This document shows, in pieces, positions 37,784-48,579 of a stretch of DNA of 64,000 bases. Numbering within the stretch: position 1 is the first letter of the stretch; each line of letters opens with the position of its first letter. The stretch is taken from NCBI GenBank assembly GCA_051294375.1, contig CM119265.1, forward strand, positions 11,099,818-11,163,817, written 5' to 3'. Source of the stretch: Paraspadella gotoi. Taxonomy: Eukaryota > Animalia > Chaetognatha. A program made the position numbers and the translations under genes. The notes below the pieces were generated by a model that worked only from the letters and a program-made list of their open reading frames with translations, had not been told where the DNA came from and did no database searches.

Positions 37784-40700
37784 GACGGACATCAATTTTT
37801 TTGCATAATTTATCATAATTCGATGTTCTGACATGATATAAGTTAGTGCCCGACAATATTGAGGGGGCGGACCGACGGACCGACAAAGTGAATTATAGAG
37901 TCGGGATCTGCTGATAAGCAGATCCGACTAAAAAAAAAAAAAATTTCATTGTTTAAAAAAAATTAACTGATCAGCAGATGCAGTACCTAAAAAAAAACGG
38001 AATAAAAACCCGATGTTGCGATAGCAAAATGATAACATGCACGAATGCGATGCCTAATTTTACGAGTTCAATCCTCATTCAATTTTTTTTTTAAATAAAA
38101 ACGCAGAGAGAGAGAGAAAGAAAAAAAATCAAAAGGCAGCAGCAGAAGCAGAAGGAGAAAAGAGANNNNNNNNNNNNNNNNNNNNNNNNNNNNNNNNNNN
38201 NNNNNNNNNNNNNNNNNNNNNNNNNNNNNNNNNNNNNNNNNNNNNNNNNNNNNNNNNNNNNNNNNAAAAAAAAAAAAAAGTTACACGTTATCAGTTGTAA
38301 ACACTTTTTATTTCCTTTTATATTTTTTCATTGTCCTTTATCGAATTCCCTTTTCTCATATCTTTAACAGAGCGATTTTCATTAATATTTCGACAACCTG
38401 AGCGACATGGCTTCTCTTCCTACCCGAGTATTGATCGAGCCGGGCTCAACCACGACTATTATGACTCTCCACCCAGTCGCAGTCGGAGAGGCAGTGGCGT
38501 GGATCGCCTATGGTAGGCGAAAATTCGACGAACCCGTTTACGCCATTCTCGGCGCCCTAACCGAAGATGAGTTCGAGAAAAAGATTGGTCCCTGGGTAGA
38601 TTTCGGCGATCTCGTAGCATTACTTCCCCCGGAAGGCGCATTAGCCGCACTCTGGAGGCTCCGGGACCACCAAGACGGCCGGTCAATTACCATCACGGAC
38701 CGCGCCCATTGGAGCAGTACTCGTTCCATCTCTAGCGCTCCTAATTTGTTAGTCGCAAAGCTTCAGACGAGGACCTTTCGAGATCTTGCAGAGGTCCGGC
38801 AGAATTTGGATCGTTCGATCTCGGCGGAGGTCGTATCTCCCCGAGGTGTAACCTTTGGCGCCGCCGCTCCCTCTTCTGCTCCCCCTCCTCCTCCCGGTCC
38901 TCCTCCTCCTCCCCTCGCTCCTCCCGTGCCGGCTCAGCCGGCGCGGCGTGCGGCGCCGGTGGATGAGGGGCAGGACCGGCCTGAGGCGGAGGCGGAGCGC
39001 CCCCCGGCCGAATATTTTAAGATCACTCGTCCGGGGAGGAGAAGGAAGAAGAGGAACGAACGACGCCAGGCGTATCACAACTTGAGATCAATAGCCTTCC
39101 AGGAGAGAATTGCTGCGGCAGCCGGTAACGGCGCCGCGGCCCTCCCTCAGGAGCCTCCCCCTGCCGTTCTGCCCTCCGGTACCGGCGGGCAGCCGGCCGG
39201 ACCTCCCGCCGAAGAGGAGAAACAAGATGAAGAAATAATCGAAGAAGACGACAACGACCCTTTCCGTCTCCGTGGCATAGTAGAACGTTCGACGACAACG
39301 GTGAGAGGACCAGAGGAAGCCGGTATCGGCGCCCTCCAAACTCTTCAACAACCGGGAACGTCGAAATCATGGTTCGATCGAGTTCTGGAAGAGGCGGAAG
39401 AACGAACCGCGCGTCGAGACGCGGACATCGAGGCCGACCTTTCGGCCGGGGTTATGGGCCGAGTTGGAATGCATTCCCCAAAAATGACTTCTACACCGGT
39501 CTTTGATATTACTACACCCACGGAGCCTGGACAGACGAGACGCGAAATTTCGAACCCGATCGTCCCCGATTCGCCCGTCGACCTCGAAGTTTTCATGGAT
39601 GAAGTCGACACAGATTGGCTCGAACGGAAGGTGACAGAGAAAAGACGACGGGACTTTGGTTCGAGGTCGAGCGTCGCCTCTGCGCCGGACTCACTGACGG
39701 TCGAGACTGGAGGAAAAAGGAAGCAGGAAAAGAAGGACGACGAGGCGATGCCAACAGTTCCAGATCCGAATTCGAAACAGTGGGGCCTACCCAAAGATGA
39801 AGCGAAAAAGGCCCACAACGACTATCGACGAAGACAAGAGGAACGCCTTCACGACGGGAAGATGAACCAGAAGCAGAAGACCTGGTGGCAAAACTACAAG
39901 CGTTGGGACGACGAGTTCAATCATCCCCTTCCTTCTAGGAGACGTCCCATCCCCCTCACTTCTGCCACCAGACGTCGTGGATGCCCTGCCATCTACCCCG
40001 GGTCTCTTTCGATCGATCCCAATCCTCATAGATTCAGGAATCGGGACGTTCGGGAAGAGTATCGAGCGACCGCCGTAGTGTATGTCGAAGGGCCTGCAGA
40101 GGAATCGTCGACCAACGTAACCGCTTCGACTTCGACGACCACTTGCACGACGACGATGACGACGACTTCCGACAACACAGTCGCCAACTCCTCCCTCTCG
40201 TCCGCAAACGATTCCTTTGTTTCGGTGGCGGAGATCGCGCTCCCCCCCCCTTACTCTCCCACGATGCCGGACTTGACGCCGGCAGAAGAGCGCGCCATCC
40301 TTGGTGAAGACGACGGATTCCCTGCCAAGATGGAAGAAGGAGAGGATGATCTTTAGCGAGGCGTCGAAGTCCGTGTCCTGCCGGTACCGGCGGACCGGAT
40401 GCGGCGTGACGCTCGCTAGGAGGACGTTGAAGTCCGGGCTCTGCCGGTAACGGCGAGCCGGACGCGGCGACACGTCGAACAAGACCCGGAAATCGTATAT
40501 GGACTTGAATCTCGAATATCGGACTTTATTTTATAAATCGGATTGTTTCTCATATTTCGACTGAAAACCCAACGTTTTCTCATGATTGTCTGTTATCGGA
40601 AGATCACGAGGTTCGTCGCCTTTAGTTCGGTATCGTTTTGAATGCTTCGAATTGGCTAGGGAATTCGGCCGTTTATGCCGAAACAAATTTATTGTTTAAC

Positions 40701-43700
40701 ATTAGAATTTATCGTCTTCATTTAGAATTTACTATTTCTTCACTCTTTCATTTATTCATACATAGATCTTAGTTAAGCATCGAAACGGTTATCTTTAGAA
40801 TTTAAATTTGTGAAAACGTGAAATGTTTATAATAGTTTGTCGTCGTCTCATTTCGTAACGTATCAATTAAAGCATAATTTATCTTGTTTACAAAAGAAAC
40901 ATTCTTCATTGTTTAGTTAAATTTGACGTATTAATTCATAGACATTGCCTAATCATGTTTTAAATATCTTCCTTTATTACTAGTTCGTTTGTTTCATTTA
41001 TCATTAGAATCGTGTAAAACATAACCGTTCTTTCCTTTAAAATCAATCATTTCATAAACTTAGTACCCTAAGACGCCGAATTTTAGTTTTCTACTTTATT
41101 ATCTCGACGTGGTACATTTGAAGTAAGTTTATCTAATTTCATTGATCGTTTACAATTCGGTAGTATTTTTTTTCCTTTATTACATAAATCACATTGTCTT
41201 ATTTCGTTTCGTAGTATTGACTTTCTCAGTAAAACTGTCTATTAAAAAGTTGACGCAGATTTAATATTTTCGTTTATATTCATGATTTCGTTTAATTACA
41301 CTGTTTCAGAATTATCATTCACGCAAAGAATAGCCCAATCACATAACATTAAAAGAAAAGTACCGTTGGCGGACAGGCTTAAGAATAATAAAATCAATAT
41401 CCATTTCCCTTCTCCCTTTTCTTAATTTTCTTCATTTTTTCCCATTTTATTTTGATTTTCTATTCTTTTCTTATTCTTTTCTTCCTCTCCTCTTTCTTAT
41501 TCTTCTCTTCCTCTTTCCTGATTCTTTTCTTCCTCATAGCCCATTCCTCTACATCATCCCCTTTCAGAACAGACTCGTTCTAGAGTTTCCAGAACTCTAC
41601 GAGTTCTGAAAAGGCGGGGGTGTAGAGAAATGGCGATGCCATTTCTATTTATTTCTTTGCCATTTGTTTCACCATTTCCTTGACCTTTTTTGTAGATTGC
41701 GCTTTTACTTTTCTTGGAGATTACTCTCCCTTTTCTTTCTCTTTACCAGATATACTAGGCCATAGACTTAGACCCTTTTCTCAGCCCGTCCAAAAACGGC
41801 CTTTTACGGAGCTTAGGTCACCCCACGTCAACGTCACCCTTACGCCATGATACCATTTTAGTGAGCCTACGGGCCCGGCCTATGAGCCCAGAGACTTCGT
41901 GGTTTCAGACTTGTGGACGGCTCTGTGGATAGACTTGTGGCCATAGACTTGTGGACGTGCTCGTGGTCATCGTCTTCAGACCACACTCGTGACGCCTCGT
42001 CGACTACCCTCGCGGCGCCGGTAGCGGCGACCGCGGGTTTCTACCGTCTTCGAGACGGCGCTACGGCGTTCACGGCGCTCGTCCATCGGCGCCGGGCGTC
42101 GTCGCCCACTCTTTCCGACGACGGCTTCGAGGGACGTTGGGACGACTCGCTTCAGTACAGCTACGCGACGGGAGAGATTACCGAGGAGGCCTCGACCTAC
42201 CCTACGGGTTCGTTGACAAATATCGTCGCAAACACAAAGCGATTTCGACGATAAAAAGACATTTTTTTGAGAGAACTAGAAGTTTATAAAGTGTTCAATT
42301 TTGGCCCGCCTTAATATACACACTATTGGAGCGGAGACTAACACATCCCCCAAATCTGGATCTCACCCTCTGCAAGGCCGTCTCCCTGTTCATCAATTGG
42401 CTCCGCTCGTCTTGGCACTCGGAGAAAACGCCGCTCGGCGTGTGGGTGACGCGGACGGCGCTGTTGGTGGTGTTGACCGACTGACCGCCGGCGCCTTGCG
42501 ATCGAAAAAAGTCCCACTTCAACTCGGACGGTTTTAGGTCGAGACTGGGATTCTCGTAAATCGGTGTCACAACCACAGCGCATGTAGAAGTTTGAAGCTT
42601 CCCCTTCTTATCCGTGACGGGGACTCTGAGGTTCGATAGGTGAGCATGTAGCGGAGCAAGTAGCAGAGCATGTAACAGAGCATCCTGAACTGAAAAACTA
42701 CCTTGGGATAAAAAAAGGCGAATTCCATCAGGGTAAACGTCAATAACTAATTAACTATTTCAATTTAACTAAGATAAAGAACCCCAAAAAATCGTTCCCT
42801 ATGTATCCCTGTAATCTCCTCACCTCTGCACCCTGTGTACGCCGCCTTCAAACTTGAGAAGATCGTAAGAGTGAGGACCGTCGATCCGAGCGACGGCGCG
42901 ACCGACGGCGACGCGTCCGTGTGAAGATTCCGAATCGAACTCCTCCGTCACGAACGACCATCCCTTTTTCAATCCCCCACACAAGATAATGATAACCAGG
43001 AAATCCGACGCTCAATCATAGAAATCCATAAGATCACCTGATGAGCGGCAAAGTTTTTGTACATCTCGAAGACTTCGCCGTTAAAGATTTTGGCCTCCAT
43101 CCCGCCCGCTCCTTCCATGCAATCCAATGACAAGCGGTCGGCGGGAACGTCATCGTCGTCTTCCGCTTCTGCAGATATCGTCAAAATAATTTCGAAGACA
43201 ATTGAGAACCAGATGTTAAAGTATTGCGCAAGATCGTGACGTCGGATAACTTTCCCACTGCCCATTGCCAGTGCCCACTCCCTTCCAAGACACCTGCGAC
43301 AGCTCTGAGAACGATGTCGATGAGATCAGCCTCGATGCAACGGCTCGCCAACTCGCATCCGCTTAAATCTTCTCGAGCGAGCCTTTTGAATTCGTCGTTG
43401 TCGTCGACATCGTCGTCTTGCACGACACTCAACAATTCCTTGACGTCAAACGCGCTGGAGGGACGGATGAAGGACCCTTGAGCACCGAGAAAACTTTTTT
43501 TTCAGACCGAACAAGCAAAGTTGTCGAAAACATACTTAAATAAAGACCCTCCTATTTATATTTATAAAATAAACACTTGTAACGAACCTCAACTCAAAAT
43601 CGTTGAGCTTGGAAGCGAGTTCCGAGTGAAAGGGTTCCCGCAAACACTTTTCTTGCACGAGAATCTTGACAAAGTCAAAGAACAAAGGATTGTCGAGAGA

Positions 43701-44003
43701 AATCTCGAGAGAGGCGCCCTTCGATCGATTGGCCTTCTCGTGGAGGCGCCGCGTCGATGGCTTACGAAAACGTTCGTGGTCAAGCCACATGGGCCGGTGC
43801 GTTGAATTTTGGACGGCGTCACCGAATGAGGAATTTACGGTTAAATAAAAAGGAATCCTTGTCATAGATTGGAGACTGCAGAGGCGCTGGCTAAGCGAGA
43901 GCGAAAAGTTTCTGCTCGACGGCGACGATTGACTAATCAATTGGCACAAAGCGGGCAAACTTCGCCTCAATTTTAATGGAGCGGTCATGGTCAAATTGGT
44001 CAT
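29318..44003 (-). CDS. MTRF1L: Mitochondrial peptide chain release factor 1-like; exons 44003-43588, 43454-43294, 43168-43038, 42963-42824, 42625-42367, 29605-29318
   Basis: [24 protein letters not shown] (PxT motif), [21 protein letters not shown] (GGQ), [27 protein letters not shown]. Confidence 0.88.
29910..30808 (+). mobile_element. 3' remnant of an LTR retrotransposon (possible pol tail, PPT, about 270-bp LTR)
   Basis: Gln/Pro/Arg-rich reading frame ending ...[23 protein letters not shown]; purine tract GAGGAGGGGA followed by TG at 30537; candidate CA end at 30808. Confidence 0.45.
31778..31819 (-). ncRNA. Minimal hammerhead ribozyme with a core mutation (Penelope-type)
   Basis: tgca CUGAUGA A gaac..guuc AAAAC au GUC ugca; GAAA is mutated to AAAA. 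Confidence 0.55.
38407..40356 (+). CDS. Intact 649-aa orphan ORF inside a probable LTR element, antisense within an MTRF1L intron
   Basis: Uninterrupted, GC-rich and intronless; about 140-aa ordered N-terminus followed by Pro-rich and acidic low-complexity sequence; no recognisable CCHC, protease, RT or integrase motifs. Confidence 0.7.
   Translation: MASLPTRVLIEPGSTTTIMTLHPVAVGEAVAWIAYGRRKFDEPVYAILGALTEDEFEKKIGPWVDFGDLVALLPPEGALAALWRLRDHQDGRSITITDRAHWSSTRSISSAPNLLVAKLQTRTFRDLAEVRQNLDRSISAEVVSPRGVTFGAAAPSSAPPPPPGPPPPPLAPPVPAQPARRAAPVDEGQDRPEAEAERPPAEYFKITRPGRRRKKRNERRQAYHNLRSIAFQERIAAAAGNGAAALPQEPPPAVLPSGTGGQPAGPPAEEEKQDEEIIEEDDNDPFRLRGIVERSTTTVRGPEEAGIGALQTLQQPGTSKSWFDRVLEEAEERTARRDADIEADLSAGVMGRVGMHSPKMTSTPVFDITTPTEPGQTRREISNPIVPDSPVDLEVFMDEVDTDWLERKVTEKRRRDFGSRSSVASAPDSLTVETGGKRKQEKKDDEAMPTVPDPNSKQWGLPKDEAKKAHNDYRRRQEERLHDGKMNQKQKTWWQNYKRWDDEFNHPLPSRRRPIPLTSATRRRGCPAIYPGSLSIDPNPHRFRNRDVREEYRATAVVYVEGPAEESSTNVTASTSTTTCTTTMTTTSDNTVANSSLSSANDSFVSVAEIALPPPYSPTMPDLTPAEERAILGEDDGFPAKMEEGEDDL
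41608..42261 (+). mobile_element. Polypurine tract and putative 3' LTR
   Basis: GAAAAGGCGGGGG directly followed by TGTAGAG at about 41621; candidate CA end at 42261; a matching 5' LTR would fall in the N gap at 38166-38265. Confidence 0.5.
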
Positions 44004-44367
44004 CTTCTAAACAAAAGATAGTTTTGAAATTTCTCGGCTCAAGATTCCCTGCGCCTTCGACGGCGCGAATTTTTCACCTCTTTATTTTCAAATCAACCTA
44101 TCGACAAAAATAATAGAAAAAAGTGAACGTGAAAAATTATATTTTTATACTAGAAGTCAGCACCAAGCCAAATCATAAATGTACAAAATGAAATTATACA
44201 AAATATTCTTGTATAAAAAAAGACAATAGTAATCCAGCGCAAGTGGAATGATTAGAATTTCACAGATCTTGATAAAGACAAAGTCAAAGAGACAATGATA
44301 AAAAGTTCGGCATTTGAAATAAATTTTCGTATTTTTCATTTTACTTTAAAATCCGATCGGTCATTCG

Positions 44368-45507
44368 TCATTCTCGCTCTTCGTCCTCGTCGTCCAAATA
44401 GTCGTCGTCGTCGGCGACGCTTCGAGGCGCGAAGAGCGAGGCAACTTCCGGGTCTCGCGCCAAATCGCGCGCCAGTTTTTGCTCTTTGTTTTTGAGTTGA
44501 CGATTGGCGCCGGCGCTGATTAAAAGACGAACGACGGGGGCGTGGCCTTTCCACGCCGCCGCGTGCAGCGCCGTGTCGCCCAAATGGTTCTTTGTTTTTT
44601 AAGACAAAATAATATTAATATTAACATTAATTAATTAATTAATATTAATCATTATCATTCATCCCCAACCTGCTCGTCCAGCCGCACCCGATGCCCCAGC
44701 TTCAAAATCTCCCGCACGCAGTCTTCGTGTCCGCCGTGCGCCGCCCAATAGAGCGGCGTCGATCCGGACTTGTCGACGCCGTTGACGGGGATGCGCTGCT
44801 GGATGCACTCGCGGAGGAACTCGAGCTGGCCGCGCTTGGCAGCCTCGTGCAGCGGGTCGCGAAACTCGTTGGCGAAGACGTCGCCGGAGGTCGTGGAGGG
44901 GGAGACGTAGTTAGAAGGAATGAGGCCAGTGACGCCGCGGCAGGTCGCCTGCCACCAACCGCCTTCGTCTGGAATGGTCATTGGTCAGTTCTATTGTAGG
45001 AGTGGGACTCGGGTTATGAATTATATATTCTTTGTTACTTGCATCTTCAGTGATAGTGCTCGCGCTGTCTCTCTAGTTTACCTGAGATTTATTACTATAG
45101 CTAAATTACTAAATACATATAGAAATATGGGACTCTAACAGGATAGAGATAAACTCTCAATTATTAATGACAAAATTATCTATGAATCAATTAAACTACT
45201 AAACAATATAGAAAAGCATTGTAAAATCCAAAAATATGCCGAATAATAATACAGTACAAAAATCAATTGGACTTAAAATGACTCAAAGAATCTATCTCTT
45301 ACACTATCGTATGTACATTGTACAATAAACAGAGAACTTTTTGGGAAAAATCCTCCGATGCCTCTCACCCGTAATTTCGGTGGCAGGAATGTAAAGGATG
45401 TCCCCTTCTCGAAAAGCGAGCTCGTCCGGTTGCGTGGCTTCGTAGGCGTAAAGGGCTTTGAGCACCCGGATGAGACCGGGTTTCGACGGTTTCGGCGGGG
45501 CGCTCAT
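44368..45507 (-). CDS. OSTF1: Osteoclast-stimulating factor 1 (SH3 plus ankyrin repeats); exons 45507-45369, 44968-44670, 44589-44368
   Basis: [82 protein letters not shown], acidic tail DYLDDED. Confidence 0.93.
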
Positions 45508-45940
45508 TTTCCTTTACATTTAAATCAATTTAAAGCTAAGTTTTTTATATATTTTTCTTCGGATTTAGTCGACGGAGAAAGACATGCTCTTTATCAAAAG
45601 CTTCCTTATTGAAAAAAAAAAAGGATACATTTTAATTTAAAAAATGATTTAAAAAGCAAACGAAATCCTAAATAAAATTAAAAAAAAAGAAAACAAATTT
45701 TCTTGAAAATAAGAAAGTGAAAGAACAGGAAAACTGTGGAAAGATACAATTTTGATATAGACTATAAAATATATACATATCACAATATTCGATTAAGATA
45801 AACCGAAACACCAACTACAAAATTTCGTGAAAAGAAACGTGTATATCGAAAGGCAAAGCCCCCCAAAAAATGGAAGAGTAAGGGCTTAAGAAGAGGGTGG
45901 GTCCTAATTTCCTCATCCCCCTCTTTCAGCATGTTTCGGT

Positions 45941-48168
45941 TTAAAGGGTTTTTCCCATGAATCTTCTCTTAGAGAAGCAGATCCACCACTTGGAAGGTTT
46001 GTCAGTTTCAGCATCAAAGACTCGGTCGCAGAGTCGAAGGCCGGTCTCTTGACGAAGTTGCGTCAAGTAGCTGAGAAAGGAAAGAGGCGAAACAATGATT
46101 AAATGGCACGAGCGAGACGGGAAAGAGATCAAGAGAAATTAAAAGTGCAAGTGTCGTCAGATGGCCCCTACATTCGTCAAAGGCCCAAAGAACCTCGAGG
46201 ACTCCGCGCGCTGGATGTCGCAAACACCGCGACGAGGCGAGAGCCGAAGGAATTTTGCATCACGCGACAATCGGAAATATTAGTTTGGAGTAATACAGTA
46301 TGATTTTTCTCAATTGTAACATTTTTTGTGGCGATATCTCAGAGTCCCCTCACCCTAGAGACTTAAATTGTAGCCCGTCGTCTGGCTTTTTTAGATCAAT
46401 CAATTTTTACATAATTCTAATAAGTCTTTAATACTAAGTTCTAGGCCCCAATGAACTCATCATATTTGTCGATCAACTTTTGATTTTTTTACCTTTATGT
46501 TTCACGTAGTCACAGCTATCAAAACTAGTTAAATTTGAATAGACAAAAAAATTTAATATTACTCCATACTCCATATATTAATTTTTTAATATTTATTTAT
46601 AAATACTAAAGACTAAAATTTTTTTTAGGATTTTTTTATTTTTAAGATCAGATTCAGGTAGTTTGCAAAAAGTTGTCTACACAAAGTATAATTCTTTTTT
46701 CGATATTTTGATCGTCTCTCTCTCTCTCTCCCTCTCTCAATCTCTCTCACTCTGACCGTTTCATTTCTTATTCAAAACTAAAATCTCTATCTGTCCTCAT
46801 TCTTAACCTGTCCTCACCACTTGACCACTATTCTTTTCTCAACTGTGTGTTGGAAACTTTGCCCTATCTCTCTCTCTCTCTCTCTCTCTCTTCTTTCACA
46901 CAAAAAACTGTCCAAAATTTCACAAATCATTTGACGCTGAAGAAGGCTTGCATCTAAAGCCGAAACATGTACGTTTTCTATGAAAAATAAAATTCGTTGT
47001 GAAACAAAACCATTTTGCCTAAATACATATAACAACGAAAAAAGAAAGGTTATTACCACCACGATATTTTGATCATAAGTGTATGAAAAATATGAAAAAC
47101 TATTTATAATCATCATCATCATCATCATTTTTTGATAATTTTATTACTTTTTCTTAATTTTGACCAATAAAACATCACAATTTTTGAAGGTTGTAGTTAT
47201 ATTTTTTATTTAACTTTCTATGCTCTATCAGAATCCATCAAAAAAGTTAAGATTGATTAAAATTTTTTTTATTATTATATAGTAATTTTGTAATTTTAAT
47301 AGCAACCCCCGCCCCTATTGAATTTAATTTCATAGTAGATTTCTACTAATGCTTAACAACTTTTTTAATACCCTTGACTTACATATTTTAGCTGTCAGTG
47401 GTATTTTGATATTTGAATTAACTTAAATTTTATTTCATTTTAAAGAGAAAAAATGCTACATGTTTAGTACCTCATATTTATTTTCGCTTTAATTTTAAAT
47501 ACTTTAAAAATTGAAAAATTGCATTGATGAAGTTTCAAATTTGACCTCCTCTTAATAGACAGTCACCTAAAAAAAGAAGTCTCATTACAAATATGTTGTA
47601 TTATATATCATATAAAATTCCAAACCGAGACCTTCAAAACCGACTATCATTAATCTTTTTAAATTTAACGGTTGCATAGATATACTGTCACGAAATGTTA
47701 CAAACGAGAAAAATCATACTGTAAGTTAGTTTCTTTTTACGGTTTCCGAGTCAAATCAAACCTGCGCATTTGCTCCTCCTCTCTCTGTTCCGCAGGTTTC
47801 ATGTACATGGCGTTGAGAGGGAAACGCACCTCTCCTGGCAACTCGAATCGGGCGATGGCCAAAGAGTGCATCTCTTTCAAACCCTGAGAAGACACAAGCC
47901 AGGCTTAGATAGTCTTTTTTAACGGATTCATACTGCAGACTCTTCCTCACCTGGTTCTTGGAATGGCATCTGTCGAGCTTCTTGAGGCACTCGATGATGT
48001 AGAGGGTGAGGTAGATGAGGACGCGGTCCGCCTCGCTCTTGATCTCGTAGTTGTGAAAAAAGACGTTGGCCTTGAAGTACATCAGAGCCTCGTCTATGAT
48101 GTCCAAGTCGTCGTCACCCAGGGATCCCTGCAGTAAAAAGTCAGGAGATCAAAGGTGGCACAAGGAAG

Positions 48169-48232
<64 letters not shown>

Positions 48233-48333
48233 ACCGTCGGGGCGGGTCCTTTGTACTTGGTCTTCAGCGGGAGAACAGCCATGTTTCCGACTCGGAGAGT
48301 ATTCTCCGTGAACAAAGAATGATAGGCCGGCAT
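45941..48333 (-). CDS. ARPC3: Arp2/3 complex subunit 3 (p21-Arc); exons 48333-48235, 48127-47951, 47883-47762, 46070-45941
   Basis: MPAYHS...[70 protein letters not shown]...DKPSKWW.CF.KRRFM.K.L. Confidence 0.95.
46296..47721. mobile_element. Non-autonomous Tc1/mariner (pogo-like) element in ARPC3 intron 3
   Basis: TA|CAGTATGATTTTTCTC...GAGAAAAATCATACTG|TA with about 45-bp imperfect TIRs. Confidence 0.8.
46933..46975 (+). ncRNA. Minimal type I hammerhead ribozyme (Penelope-type)
   Basis: gacg CUGAAGA A ggc-loop-gcc GAAAC au GUA cguu: complete core, stems I and II, palindromic ACAUGU stem III. Confidence 0.75.
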
Positions 48334-48579
48334 TTTTGGAATAAGTATAGAGTTAACCTTTTTTTTCTAATTCGCAATTATCATCAAAGTAAAATCTGTA
48401 ACGAAAATAATCATCATCAGAACGGAGAAGAGGATGAATGGAATCATCAATTTTATTCGTCCAACGAAATCAAAACGGAATTGATTTAACAAATATATGC
48501 TTGATCAAGTGAAAAAAACAAACAAAAAAAGGCAAATTATAACTTGGCCTAAGCAGCATTAGCAATTCACCAATTCATT

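Noticed and set aside
44007-44016. TTTTGTTTAG just before the MTRF1L ATG as a trans-splice site
   Set aside because: A donor (GAG/GTGAAA at 44077) pairs with it as a 71-nt UTR intron; the unpaired acceptor is the TAG at 44098-44100.
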